In this document: positions 9,708-19,794 of the stretch, one piece after another
Layout of the letters: every line of letters starts with the position of its first letter
Numbering within the stretch: the stretch's first letter is position 1
From: Candidatus Levyibacteriota bacterium
GTDB lineage: Bacteria > Patescibacteriota > Microgenomatia > Levybacterales > UBA12049
Assembly: GCA_027459745.1 (NCBI GenBank)
Contig: DAIDHL010000006.1
Span: forward strand, 19,578-83,577
DNA: 64,000 nt
Direction of reading: 5' to 3'
Made by a program: the position numbers and the translations under genes
The notes under the pieces: model-generated
The model's database searches: none
Told to the model about the DNA's origin: nothing
The model's input: only the letters and a program-made list of their open reading frames with translations

Positions 9708-10679
9708 TTAAAACTTTAGTTTGTTAACTCGATTTACTAGTTTATTTGAATAAGTCCATTGAATAATTAAAGTTAAGCCTAAGATTAGGGTAAAGAAAAT
9801 GTACCAGGTGAGGTGAACTCTGTTTAAAAATGATGCGAAGAAAATAAGTAAAGAATAATGGACGAAATAAATGGAGTAAGAGTGTGAGCTGATAAATGAA
9901 AGAGGTCCGAGAAGATAATTGAACACTCCCCTTTCAGCAAGATAATACAAGCCCAGGCAGGTAATTAATCCATATGAAATTATAAATAGATTTGGAGGAT
10001 ATTTGTTATTAATAAATGATAAATCGTGATGTAAAACTAGCCCTTGAATAAACAGTCCAACGAAAATTAAAAACGCTAAAATTAAAATTGCGTTTCTTAA
10101 TTTAGGTTTTATATCAGGTAGTATTAACATACTGGAAATTCCAGACAAACCCCAAAAATACCACATGATTAGTTTATAATTGACATTGAAATGAATGTAA
10201 AAGATAGCCAAGGCCAATAAAATATTAAGTACTATATATACTTTGAACAGAAAGAGGTTTTTGTTTTGTAGATATTTAATTACAGGTAATAAAACAGCTA
10301 ATTCAATCATCAATAATACCAGCCAATCGATATCAATACCACCTATTACCACCACACTTTGCCAAATATAATTAAAGCTTAAGGCGTGATTTACAGCCCA
10401 GTAGATTGCAAAGAAAAATAACATGAAAATCCAATAAGGTATTAGCAACCTTGGCAGGCGTTTCTTTAAGTAGACAGAAAAGTCATTTAGAGTCTTAATT
10501 CTATCTTTGATGAAGAACACATATCCTGCACAAAAAACGAACATTGGTACTGCAAATTGACTCCAGTTCCAGATGAAAAGTGCGATTTTATCACCACCAA
10601 TAAAATAGTAGCTAGTATGAATTAGAATCATGGCAACAGTGGCTATACCTCTTAACAAATCTATTGATTGATTGCGCAT
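9708..10679 (-). CDS. acyltransferase-3 family membrane O-acyltransferase
   Basis: IDLLRGIA...H, FAVPMFVFCAG, RLLIPY, SYSIYFVH. Confidence 0.85.
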   Translation of the reverse strand: MRNQSIDLLRGIATVAMILIHTSYYFIGGDKIALFIWNWSQFAVPMFVFCAGYVFFIKDRIKTLNDFSVYLKKRLPRLLIPYWIFMLFFFAIYWAVNHALSFNYIWQSVVVIGGIDIDWLVLLMIELAVLLPVIKYLQNKNLFLFKVYIVLNILLALAIFYIHFNVNYKLIMWYFWGLSGISSMLILPDIKPKLRNAILILAFLIFVGLFIQGLVLHHDLSFINNKYPPNLFIISYGLITCLGLYYLAERGVFNYLLGPLSFISSHSYSIYFVHYSLLIFFASFLNRVHLTWYIFFTLILGLTLIIQWTYSNKLVNRVNKLKF

Positions 10680-10777
10680 TATAGTAAGTATAATGTATTT
10701 GTGAGAGAGTATAAAGTTTGTAATAACATTAAATACACACTTGATTTTATAATTGTTTTTGCTGTATAGTATTTTTT

Positions 10778-11239
10778 ATGGATGATACACAAAACATTCA
10801 AGACGGTGAGATAATAGAAGAAAGTTCAAGTACTCCTGCAACTCCTGAACAAATTGATCAGAGTCAAGTTCTCCTTAGTCTGGAAGAAATGATTAAAAGT
10901 AATCTAGCAAGTTTGGAAAAATTGCGTACAGAACTGCGCCAAACTAAAGAGCAGTTTGATGACAGTTTTAACAATAATCCTACTTTTCGCGAAAATTCAG
11001 AACAAGCTAAAAATGCTGCAAAGAAAAAACAAGAAACCCGTCAGAATATAATGAAACAGCCTGCTGTAGCTCAGCTGTCCGATAAGATGAAAAGTATGCG
11101 TTTGGATCTGAAGGAAAAAGTCGCTGCCTTATCTGATTACCTACTCGAATATCAGCGTCTAACCCAGTCAATGACTTTTGAAAATGATGGTGAAGTGCTG
11201 GAGATTATTAACAGTGCCAAGCTCGTCAAACGCTCCTAG
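10778..11239 (+). CDS. hypothetical coiled-coil protein
   Basis: 153-aa ORF, helical and charged, with promoter-like sequence upstream. Confidence 0.6.
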   Translation: MDDTQNIQDGEIIEESSSTPATPEQIDQSQVLLSLEEMIKSNLASLEKLRTELRQTKEQFDDSFNNNPTFRENSEQAKNAAKKKQETRQNIMKQPAVAQLSDKMKSMRLDLKEKVAALSDYLLEYQRLTQSMTFENDGEVLEIINSAKLVKRS

Positions 11240-11329
11240 AAATAGTAATTGTTAAACCTCTTTCAAATAAACTACAATAATTAAATAGCTTGATTTGACA
11301 CAGTCGTTTATATCCTATAGAATGCAGAA

Positions 11330-11707
11330 ATGAAAAATCCAGAAGAATTCAATATTCCTTTTGTTTCAGTTGATGATGCAAAACAAGAAACTCCTGAAGT
11401 GTTGCAAAGCCGTGCAGATTTTTTACGCTCAGGATTAGCTAAAGAGATAGGTATCTCTGCAGGCTCCGCTTTTTTAGCCTTAACAGCAGGTTTATACATG
11501 TTAAATACTGACCAGATATACTCTTCCGTAGTCGCAGGAACGATAGCGCTATTAGGCGTGTTTTCTGCACAGACGGCAGGTATTTTCGCTTTAAGGGATC
11601 GAGAAGAGCTGAATATTGTAAATATAGCCATGCGTACAGAGAAAGTTGATTCGAATTCTCAAAAACCTAAGCCAAAAAATGTATTTCGTAGATTACGAAC
11701 CAGATAA
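11330..11707 (+). CDS. hypothetical two-TM membrane protein
   Basis: Two hydrophobic segments; TTGACA upstream at about 11295. Confidence 0.55.
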   Translation: MKNPEEFNIPFVSVDDAKQETPEVLQSRADFLRSGLAKEIGISAGSAFLALTAGLYMLNTDQIYSSVVAGTIALLGVFSAQTAGIFALRDREELNIVNIAMRTEKVDSNSQKPKPKNVFRRLRTR

Positions 11708-11757
11708 ATGTTCAAATACTTGTTACTTTGCTTCAATAATTGAGTGGTGCTCGTTGT

Positions 11758-13275
11758 TCAATCTAGCACTAAACTTTTCCCTGTCATTTCAGCAGGTACT
11801 TGTAATCCTAATAATGTTAACACAGTTGGTGCTATATCTGCTAATGTCCCATTATCTCTAATTTTCTCATTGTCTACGGTTACTATAGCTGGAACAGGAT
11901 TAAGGGTATGTGATGTTTTGGGATGTCCGTTGGCATCCACCATCTCTTCCGCATTGCCGTGATCAGCAGTAATAACTGCTACTCCTCCTTTAGACAATAC
12001 TTCTTTGACTACTCTTTCAATTTGTTGGCTCTCAAATTTGACTGCCTCTACGGCTGGTTCCCATTTGCCCGTATGACCTACCATATCAGCATTAGCAAAA
12101 TTGAGAACTATTAAATTAGCACTTTGATCGATAGCCTCAACTGCTTTGTCGGCAATTTGTTCGGCCATCATGTGTGGAGCTAAGTCAAAAGTGGGAACAT
12201 CTTTACGACTAGGTACTAAGACAAAATTTTCGTGTGGATGTCTATTTTCATTCCCACCATTTAAAAAATAAGTAACGTGGGCATACTTTTCCGTTTCGGC
12301 TATATGCGTTTGTTTCATGCCAGCTTTAGCAACAATATCGGCTAAAGTAACTGCTATTCTTTCAGGGGGAAAAGCAATATTTTCTGTAATACCCTTTTCA
12401 TATTCGGTCATAGTACCAAATGTTAGAGACAAAGGTTGAACATGCTCGGCTATTTTTTTACTTAATTGTCGGGCGCGATCCGGGCGAAAATTGAAGAAAA
12501 ACACACTATCATGGACATTGAAGTGCCCATCTACTGTTTTATGAGGATCATTCAGAAACGCAAAAGGTTGAATAAATTCATCCCCAGTGCCATTATCGTA
12601 CTCTTGTTTAATCAAATCAGAAGCATCGCCTTTTTTTATTGTACAATCAGCCGAAAGTAAAACATCAAGCTCTTTTTCTATGCGATCCCAATTGTTGTCT
12701 CGATCCATTGCGTAGTAGCGACCAGCAACTGATGCGATATAACCTACTCCTAAATTCTGAATAAAGTTTTCTAATTCTTTCACGTATTCGGCTCCGCTTT
12801 GTGGAGGAGTATCTCTACCGTCAGTAATCACATGAATTGCAATATTTTTTAGTCCATAGTCTTTTGCGGATTTCAAGATGGCATATAAATGATCTTGGTG
12901 ACTATGTACTCCTCCAGGACTGACTAAGCCAATTAAATGTAGGGTTGAATTGTGATTTTTTGCGTTCAAAAACAATTTAACTAAAACACTATTATCCTTT
13001 AGAGTATTATTGGTAATAGATTTATTGATTCTTACAATATCAGTATCCAGAATTTTGCCTGCACCAATAATGCTATGTCCAATTTCGCTGGTACCTATAA
13101 TTCCTTTGGGCAATCCTACTGCTTCACCACTAGCTGGCACTAACGTATGTGGATAGTGCGACCACAGGTAATTGAAATATTCTGGGTGAGATTGGTAGAT
13201 AGCATTGTATTCAGTCTGTTCACTATATCCCCAACCATCTAGGATCATTAAAACGACTTGTTTATATATATTCAT
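11758..13275 (-). CDS. gpmI: 2,3-bisphosphoglycerate-independent phosphoglycerate mutase
   Basis: ILDGWG, GGVHSH, DGRDTPP, GRYYAMDRD, ETEKYAHVT, DMVGHTG, TADHGNAE. Confidence 0.97.
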   Translation of the reverse strand: MNIYKQVVLMILDGWGYSEQTEYNAIYQSHPEYFNYLWSHYPHTLVPASGEAVGLPKGIIGTSEIGHSIIGAGKILDTDIVRINKSITNNTLKDNSVLVKLFLNAKNHNSTLHLIGLVSPGGVHSHQDHLYAILKSAKDYGLKNIAIHVITDGRDTPPQSGAEYVKELENFIQNLGVGYIASVAGRYYAMDRDNNWDRIEKELDVLLSADCTIKKGDASDLIKQEYDNGTGDEFIQPFAFLNDPHKTVDGHFNVHDSVFFFNFRPDRARQLSKKIAEHVQPLSLTFGTMTEYEKGITENIAFPPERIAVTLADIVAKAGMKQTHIAETEKYAHVTYFLNGGNENRHPHENFVLVPSRKDVPTFDLAPHMMAEQIADKAVEAIDQSANLIVLNFANADMVGHTGKWEPAVEAVKFESQQIERVVKEVLSKGGVAVITADHGNAEEMVDANGHPKTSHTLNPVPAIVTVDNEKIRDNGTLADIAPTVLTLLGLQVPAEMTGKSLVLD

Positions 13276-13279
13276 TGAT

Positions 13280-14809
<1,530 letters not shown>

Positions 14810-14894
14810 TTATAAAGTTGAAAGTTTATAAAGTTATAAATAATCAGAATATGGGGATCTTGCAAAAAATGATGAGATTGAGTATGCTCATTTT

Positions 14895-15242
14895 ATGGTA
14901 GAAATTTTAATTAACTGGATAATTAGCGCACTGGTCATTGTTATTGCGGCTTATTTACTGCCAGGAGTGCATGTGGTAAGTTTTGCAGTGGCTCTGTGGA
15001 CAGCTTTAGTTTTAGGAGTTATTAATGCTGTTCTTAAGCCAATTTTAATTATATTAACTCTTCCAATTAATATACTTACGCTTGGCTTGTTTACTTTTAT
15101 TATTAATGCCTTTTTAATTATGATTGTGGGTAATGGCAAAATTGTGCATGGATTTACAGTCGATAGTTTTTGGTGGGCATTACTTTTTAGTTTAGTACTA
15201 TCTATTTTACGTAATATACTTAATCTGGTATTTAAAAAATAA
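14895..15242 (+). CDS. phage-holin-4/YvlD-like membrane protein
   Basis: AAYLLPGV, LGVINAVLKPIL, LTLPINILTLGLF, FWWALLFSLVLS. Confidence 0.85.
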   Translation: MVEILINWIISALVIVIAAYLLPGVHVVSFAVALWTALVLGVINAVLKPILIILTLPINILTLGLFTFIINAFLIMIVGNGKIVHGFTVDSFWWALLFSLVLSILRNILNLVFKK

Positions 15243-15334
15243 CCAGCTTTAAGTATTAGTTTATAAATTAAAATTATTTCTCTTTTTAATCTATCCTGTG
15301 TGACAAATTTTGTAATATAGCTTATAATATCTCT

Positions 15335-16366
15335 ATGGAACATATAGTTAAAACAGTTTGTACAATTGGACCTGCTTCGGAGAAACCAGAAGTTTTGGAA
15401 GAACTGGTTAAAAATGGCATGGATATTGCACGTATGAATTTCTCTCATGCCACTTATGAAGAATTTAATAATCGAAAAAAATTAATTACACAGTTTAATA
15501 AAAAATATAACAAGGACGTTAAAATTCTTTTAGACTTACAAGGACCACGTATGCGAGTAGGGGTATTACCAGGAGATGGAATAGTCTTAGTCGAAGGTGA
15601 GACTAAGGTCTTTACTACTAATAAAGATAACACTGATGCCATTTTTATTAACGATCCATATCTACATAATGATATTCAAATTAATCACCCTATATTTCTT
15701 ACCAACGGTGAAATGGAATTATTAGTTACTGATATAAAAGGTACTGAGATTACTGCTAAAGTAATTCGCGGTGGTACTTTATACTCAAGAAAAGGTGTAA
15801 ATATCCCAGAGACTAATTTGACTACTAGAGGTTTGACTGATAAAGATAAAAGAGACGTATTATTTGGTGTCGAGCAGGAAGTGGATATGATTGCCATGTC
15901 GTTTGTTAAAGATGCAGAGGATATTGAGAATTTGCGATCGTTAATTAACAATCCAAAGATTAAAATCTGTTCCAAAATTGAGATTAAACAAGCCATTAAT
16001 CATCTAGATGAATTGATCCAGGCTTCCGATACTGTAATGGTCGCACGTGGAGATTTGGGAATTGAATTGCCGATTGAAGAATTGCCAATTTTGCAAAAAG
16101 AAATTATAAACTTGTGCAAAAGATATAATACCCCAAGCATTGTAGCCACACAAATGTTGATGTCAATGGTAAATCAGTCACGCCCGACTAGAGCAGAAGT
16201 CTCAGATGTTGCTAATGCAGTATTCGATGGAGCAAGCGCTGTTATGTTATCAGATGAATCTGCTTTTGGAAAATATCCTGTTGAGTCATTTAAAACTTTG
16301 CAAAAGATTGCTTACAGAGCAGAAGAGTATATAGAAAATCAGAACCGTAGAATTCCGCTAGTTTAA
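15335..16366 (+). CDS. pyk: pyruvate kinase (lacks C-terminal regulatory domain)
   Basis: CTIGPAS, ARMNFSH, DLQGP, MVARGDLG, ATQML, PTRAEVSDVANA; only 343 aa. Confidence 0.95.
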   Translation: MEHIVKTVCTIGPASEKPEVLEELVKNGMDIARMNFSHATYEEFNNRKKLITQFNKKYNKDVKILLDLQGPRMRVGVLPGDGIVLVEGETKVFTTNKDNTDAIFINDPYLHNDIQINHPIFLTNGEMELLVTDIKGTEITAKVIRGGTLYSRKGVNIPETNLTTRGLTDKDKRDVLFGVEQEVDMIAMSFVKDAEDIENLRSLINNPKIKICSKIEIKQAINHLDELIQASDTVMVARGDLGIELPIEELPILQKEIINLCKRYNTPSIVATQMLMSMVNQSRPTRAEVSDVANAVFDGASAVMLSDESAFGKYPVESFKTLQKIAYRAEEYIENQNRRIPLV

Positions 16367-16421
16367 TGAGTAGTAAGTAGATAGTAGTAAGGATATAACA
16401 CTTTATCTTTCTCACTTACAT

Positions 16422-18257
16422 CTAATTTTGGCCTCTTTCAGCGCGGACTCTGTCAATTTTGGTGAGATATTTTTTTCGTAGTCTTAAATTTTCTGGGGTT
16501 ACTTCGAGTAACTCGTCTTCTTCCAGAAAATCCAAGCATTGTTCAAGACTCATAATTACCGGTGGAATTAAAGCAATTTTTACCCCTTCACCTTTGGAGC
16601 GCATATTAGACTGTTTTTTCTCCTTGGTTACATTTACTTCAATATCTTCTGGACGGGCATGCAAACCAATAATCATACCTTCATATACTTGAATACCGGG
16701 TTCAATGAAAGTGGTGCCTCTTTCCTGAGCGTTTCTAATACCGTATCCAAGCGCGACCCCTGATTCAGAGGCAATAAGAGCGCCGTTACGAATTTTAGCC
16801 ACTGGCGGAGTTAAAGGTGCATATTTTTCAAACATTGTGTTGATAACTATTGAGCCTTTTGTTCTAGTCAAAAGCATACTGCGAAGTCCAATTAAAGCTT
16901 TGGAAGGAATATGGTATTCCAAACGAGTGTTGCCTTTACCGTCTGATTCCATATTGGTCATGTTACCTTTTCTTCTACCGATTTCTTCAGTTACTACACC
17001 CACAAACTCCTCAGGAACATCTATGATAAGATTTTCAATTGGCTCCATCTCAACTCCATCGATGGTTTTGATAATAACTTCCGGTTTGCCTACTTGCAAT
17101 TCATAACCTTCACGGCGCATAGTTTCAATCAAAACTGATAAATGTAGTTCTCCTCTACCTGAAACTACAAATTTGTCACCTTGTATATCAAGTTTTAGTC
17201 CCACATTGGATTCAAGTTCTTTTTCTAAGCGCTCAAGTAGCTGGCGTGAATTGGAAAACTTACCTTCTCGCCCTGAGAAGGGTGAAGTATTTGCACCTAC
17301 AGCCATCTTAATAGTTGGTTCTTCGACATAAATACGAGGTAAGGCTTCAGTTACTTTAGGATCAGCGATAGTATCACCGATTTCTGAGTCTTTAATACCT
17401 GTAATATCGATGATGTCCCCGCGTACGGCTTGATTGACTGATGTTTTTTTCAAACCAATGGTAGTTGATAAACTGTCAATTTTTGCGCTAATACGGGATC
17501 CATCCTCTTTCATCAAAACCACCGACATATTAACCTGAGGTTCGCCAGCTGTTACTCTTCCGATGACATGTTTTCCTTTGTGGGTATCATAATCCAAAGA
17601 AGTAACCAGCATTCTAAATTCACCATCAAGTACTTTAGGAGCTGGTACTGTGTCAATAATTGATTGCATAATAGGGTCAAGGTTTGAAGAAGCGTTAACC
17701 TCGTCGGGCTTGTTAGCTGCTTTTCCTTCTCTACCTATAGCATAAAAAACTGGAAATTCCAGATGTTCAGGATCATTGGCTAACTCTAAAAACAAGTCGT
17801 TGATGTGTTCTAGGGTTTTTGGAATGTCTGCTAACGCTTTATCCACTTTATTAATTACCACAATTATTTTTAAATTTAACTGTAAGGCTTTTTTCAAAAC
17901 AAATTTAGTTTGAGGCATGGGTCCTTCTTGTGCATCCACAATTAAAAGTGCACCATCGGCCATATTTAGCGTACGTTCTACTTCGCCTGAAAAATCAGCG
18001 TGACCGGGAGTGTCAATAATATTAATCTTATAGTCTTTATAGAAAACTGCTGTATTTTTAGCTAAAATAGTAATGCCACGTTCACGTTCTAAAGGATTGG
18101 AATCCAGTATGGTAGTTTGTGTCATTTCAGCCTCATTGGTGCGGAAAGTGTGGGTCTGTTTGAGCATGAAATCCACTAAAGTGGTCTTACCATGGTCAAC
18201 GTGTGCGATAACCGCGATATTTCTGATATGTTGTGAATCGTGTTGAATTGCATCCAT
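16422..18257 (-). CDS. typA: translational GTPase TypA/BipA
   Basis: AHVDHGKTTLVD, ERGITILAK, DTPGHADF, GRGELHLSVLIETMRREGYE, DELLEVTP. Confidence 0.97.
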   Translation of the reverse strand: MDAIQHDSQHIRNIAVIAHVDHGKTTLVDFMLKQTHTFRTNEAEMTQTTILDSNPLERERGITILAKNTAVFYKDYKINIIDTPGHADFSGEVERTLNMADGALLIVDAQEGPMPQTKFVLKKALQLNLKIIVVINKVDKALADIPKTLEHINDLFLELANDPEHLEFPVFYAIGREGKAANKPDEVNASSNLDPIMQSIIDTVPAPKVLDGEFRMLVTSLDYDTHKGKHVIGRVTAGEPQVNMSVVLMKEDGSRISAKIDSLSTTIGLKKTSVNQAVRGDIIDITGIKDSEIGDTIADPKVTEALPRIYVEEPTIKMAVGANTSPFSGREGKFSNSRQLLERLEKELESNVGLKLDIQGDKFVVSGRGELHLSVLIETMRREGYELQVGKPEVIIKTIDGVEMEPIENLIIDVPEEFVGVVTEEIGRRKGNMTNMESDGKGNTRLEYHIPSKALIGLRSMLLTRTKGSIVINTMFEKYAPLTPPVAKIRNGALIASESGVALGYGIRNAQERGTTFIEPGIQVYEGMIIGLHARPEDIEVNVTKEKKQSNMRSKGEGVKIALIPPVIMSLEQCLDFLEEDELLEVTPENLRLRKKYLTKIDRVRAERGQN

Positions 18258-18424
18258 AATTTCGTGCCTGAGAAACCATAAGAAAGGTTAAACGTAGTCT
18301 TATTATACCATATCCTATATTTGCATGCTTAAGGGTAAATAATCAGCCATATAAAACTCGGAATGTAAGAATATGTTCCCAACTATTGACAATAAATAAT
18401 AGTAGATATATTATACGGCAAGTT

Positions 18425-18449
18425 AACTGCCCTGTTGGCAGTTTTTTTT
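18425..18449 (+). terminator. terminator-like hairpin in the very short leader of the sortase-substrate gene
   Basis: AACTGCC-CTGTT-GGCAGTT plus T-run directly before ATG 18450; promoter TTGACA (18386)-N17-TATTAT (18409). Confidence 0.5.
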
Positions 18450-19031
18450 ATGGAAAATCATATAAAACAATTTATTGCTCCATCAGTATTAGCTCTTATA
18501 GCCCTAGTTTTCATTTCTAATGCGGTGTTTGCTGATAATACCGTAACAACCGGTAATATCTGCAGTAACACCGATGTACAAAATTGGGTAAATTCAAATT
18601 CCAATATTTCTCTGGATTGGAATCTTCCTGGGCATCACCCTGATTGTAATCCAAGTCCCACACCAACTTCCACAAATGTTACATATACACCTACTCCATC
18701 AACCAAACCAAGTCCTTCTTGTACACCTTCTGTAAGTCCATCAGTTTCACCCACTCCTACGCCAACTACAGCTTTGACCCCCACTCCAACAACAGGTAGT
18801 AATGGAGGAGGAACTACAGGAGGACCAGGTGACGGCAAATCAGATGGGAAATCCGATGGTAAGTCAGACGGTAAATCTGATGGTAAATCATCTTCTGCTG
18901 CGGGACCTACACAAGCAGTGTTAGGTTTGTCTTATACTGCAGGCAATAACACCTTGCCTTTGGTTTTACAAACAATTGTTGCCTTAATATGTGGAAGTAT
19001 TGGCGTAAAGTTTTTAAGAAAAAGTTATTAA
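18450..19031 (+). CDS. secreted surface protein with C-terminal sortase-type sorting signal
   Basis: Signal peptide, PT-rich linker, (DGKS)5, LSYTAG followed by hydrophobic helix and RK tail; immediately upstream of a sortase. Confidence 0.75.
   Translation: MENHIKQFIAPSVLALIALVFISNAVFADNTVTTGNICSNTDVQNWVNSNSNISLDWNLPGHHPDCNPSPTPTSTNVTYTPTPSTKPSPSCTPSVSPSVSPTPTPTTALTPTPTTGSNGGGTTGGPGDGKSDGKSDGKSDGKSDGKSSSAAGPTQAVLGLSYTAGNNTLPLVLQTIVALICGSIGVKFLRKSY
18831..18890 (+). repeat. five 12-bp coding tandem repeats (DGKS)x5
   Basis: gacggcaaatca gatgggaaatcc gatggtaagtca gacggtaaatct gatggtaaatca; differences are synonymous only. Confidence 0.85.
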
Positions 19032-19675
19032 AACCTCTTTTATTCCTCCTGCGTAAGAAAAAATTCGGTAAGAAAAAAAAGAAGTGGAGATTCTTTAGTG
19101 GAAAAAGGAAACTTAATATTAGAAATTTAGCTATTGGTTGCTTACTGCTGGTTTTAGCTCTAGTTATATTGTTTTATTCTCCTGCTTATTTTCAGCCTGT
19201 GTCTAAAAGTCCTATTCGTATAAATACAAGTTTATATAAATCTAATTTAAGTGACGATATTCCAGTTAAAATCTCAATCCCGGCAGTAGAAATAAATAAT
19301 TTGAACGTGGTCAAGGCTAGAGTGGTGAATGGATATTGGGAATTATCTGATAGTAGCGCTTCGTATGGGATGGGGAGTGGTCACCCTGGTACACCAGGAA
19401 ATACAGTGATTTTTGCTCATGCCAGAACCGGGCTGTTTTATAATTTAAAGAACATTCAAGCAGGAAATGTAATTTATATTTACACCAAAGATAGAATATA
19501 TATATACAAAGTAACCAATATAACTGCTGTCTATCCTTCGGAAACTAAAGTTATAGAACCTACTAAAACAGATACCTTAACTCTTTATACCTGTACGGGT
19601 TTTTATGATGAGAAAAGATTGGTGGTCATCGCTACACCGGCCAAAACAGCTTCTTTTAATCTGAAGTCTAGATAA
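18989..19675 (+). CDS. sortase (start uncertain)
   Basis: N-terminal TM; GNTVIFAHAR (His), TLTLYTC (catalytic Cys), KRLVV (Arg). Confidence 0.92.
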   Translation: MWKYWRKVFKKKLLKPLLFLLRKKKFGKKKKKWRFFSGKRKLNIRNLAIGCLLLVLALVILFYSPAYFQPVSKSPIRINTSLYKSNLSDDIPVKISIPAVEINNLNVVKARVVNGYWELSDSSASYGMGSGHPGTPGNTVIFAHARTGLFYNLKNIQAGNVIYIYTKDRIYIYKVTNITAVYPSETKVIEPTKTDTLTLYTCTGFYDEKRLVVIATPAKTASFNLKSR

Positions 19676-19794
19676 CTCTAAATTAATTAACCTACTAAAT
19701 TTCTACTTCGACTAGGGATATGACGTTGAGGTGTGATTTTTATATAAACTAAGTGAGTGGGGATGTTTATGTATTGCCTCTAAAATAATATTTT

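Noticed and set aside
14895-15242. Holin as evidence of a prophage
   Set aside because: YvlD-like family in a housekeeping context between eno and pyk, with no phage genes nearby.
18831-18890. Tandem repeat as CRISPR array or contingency locus
   Set aside because: 12-bp in-frame coding units without spacers; no CRISPR array or cas gene is seen anywhere in the window.
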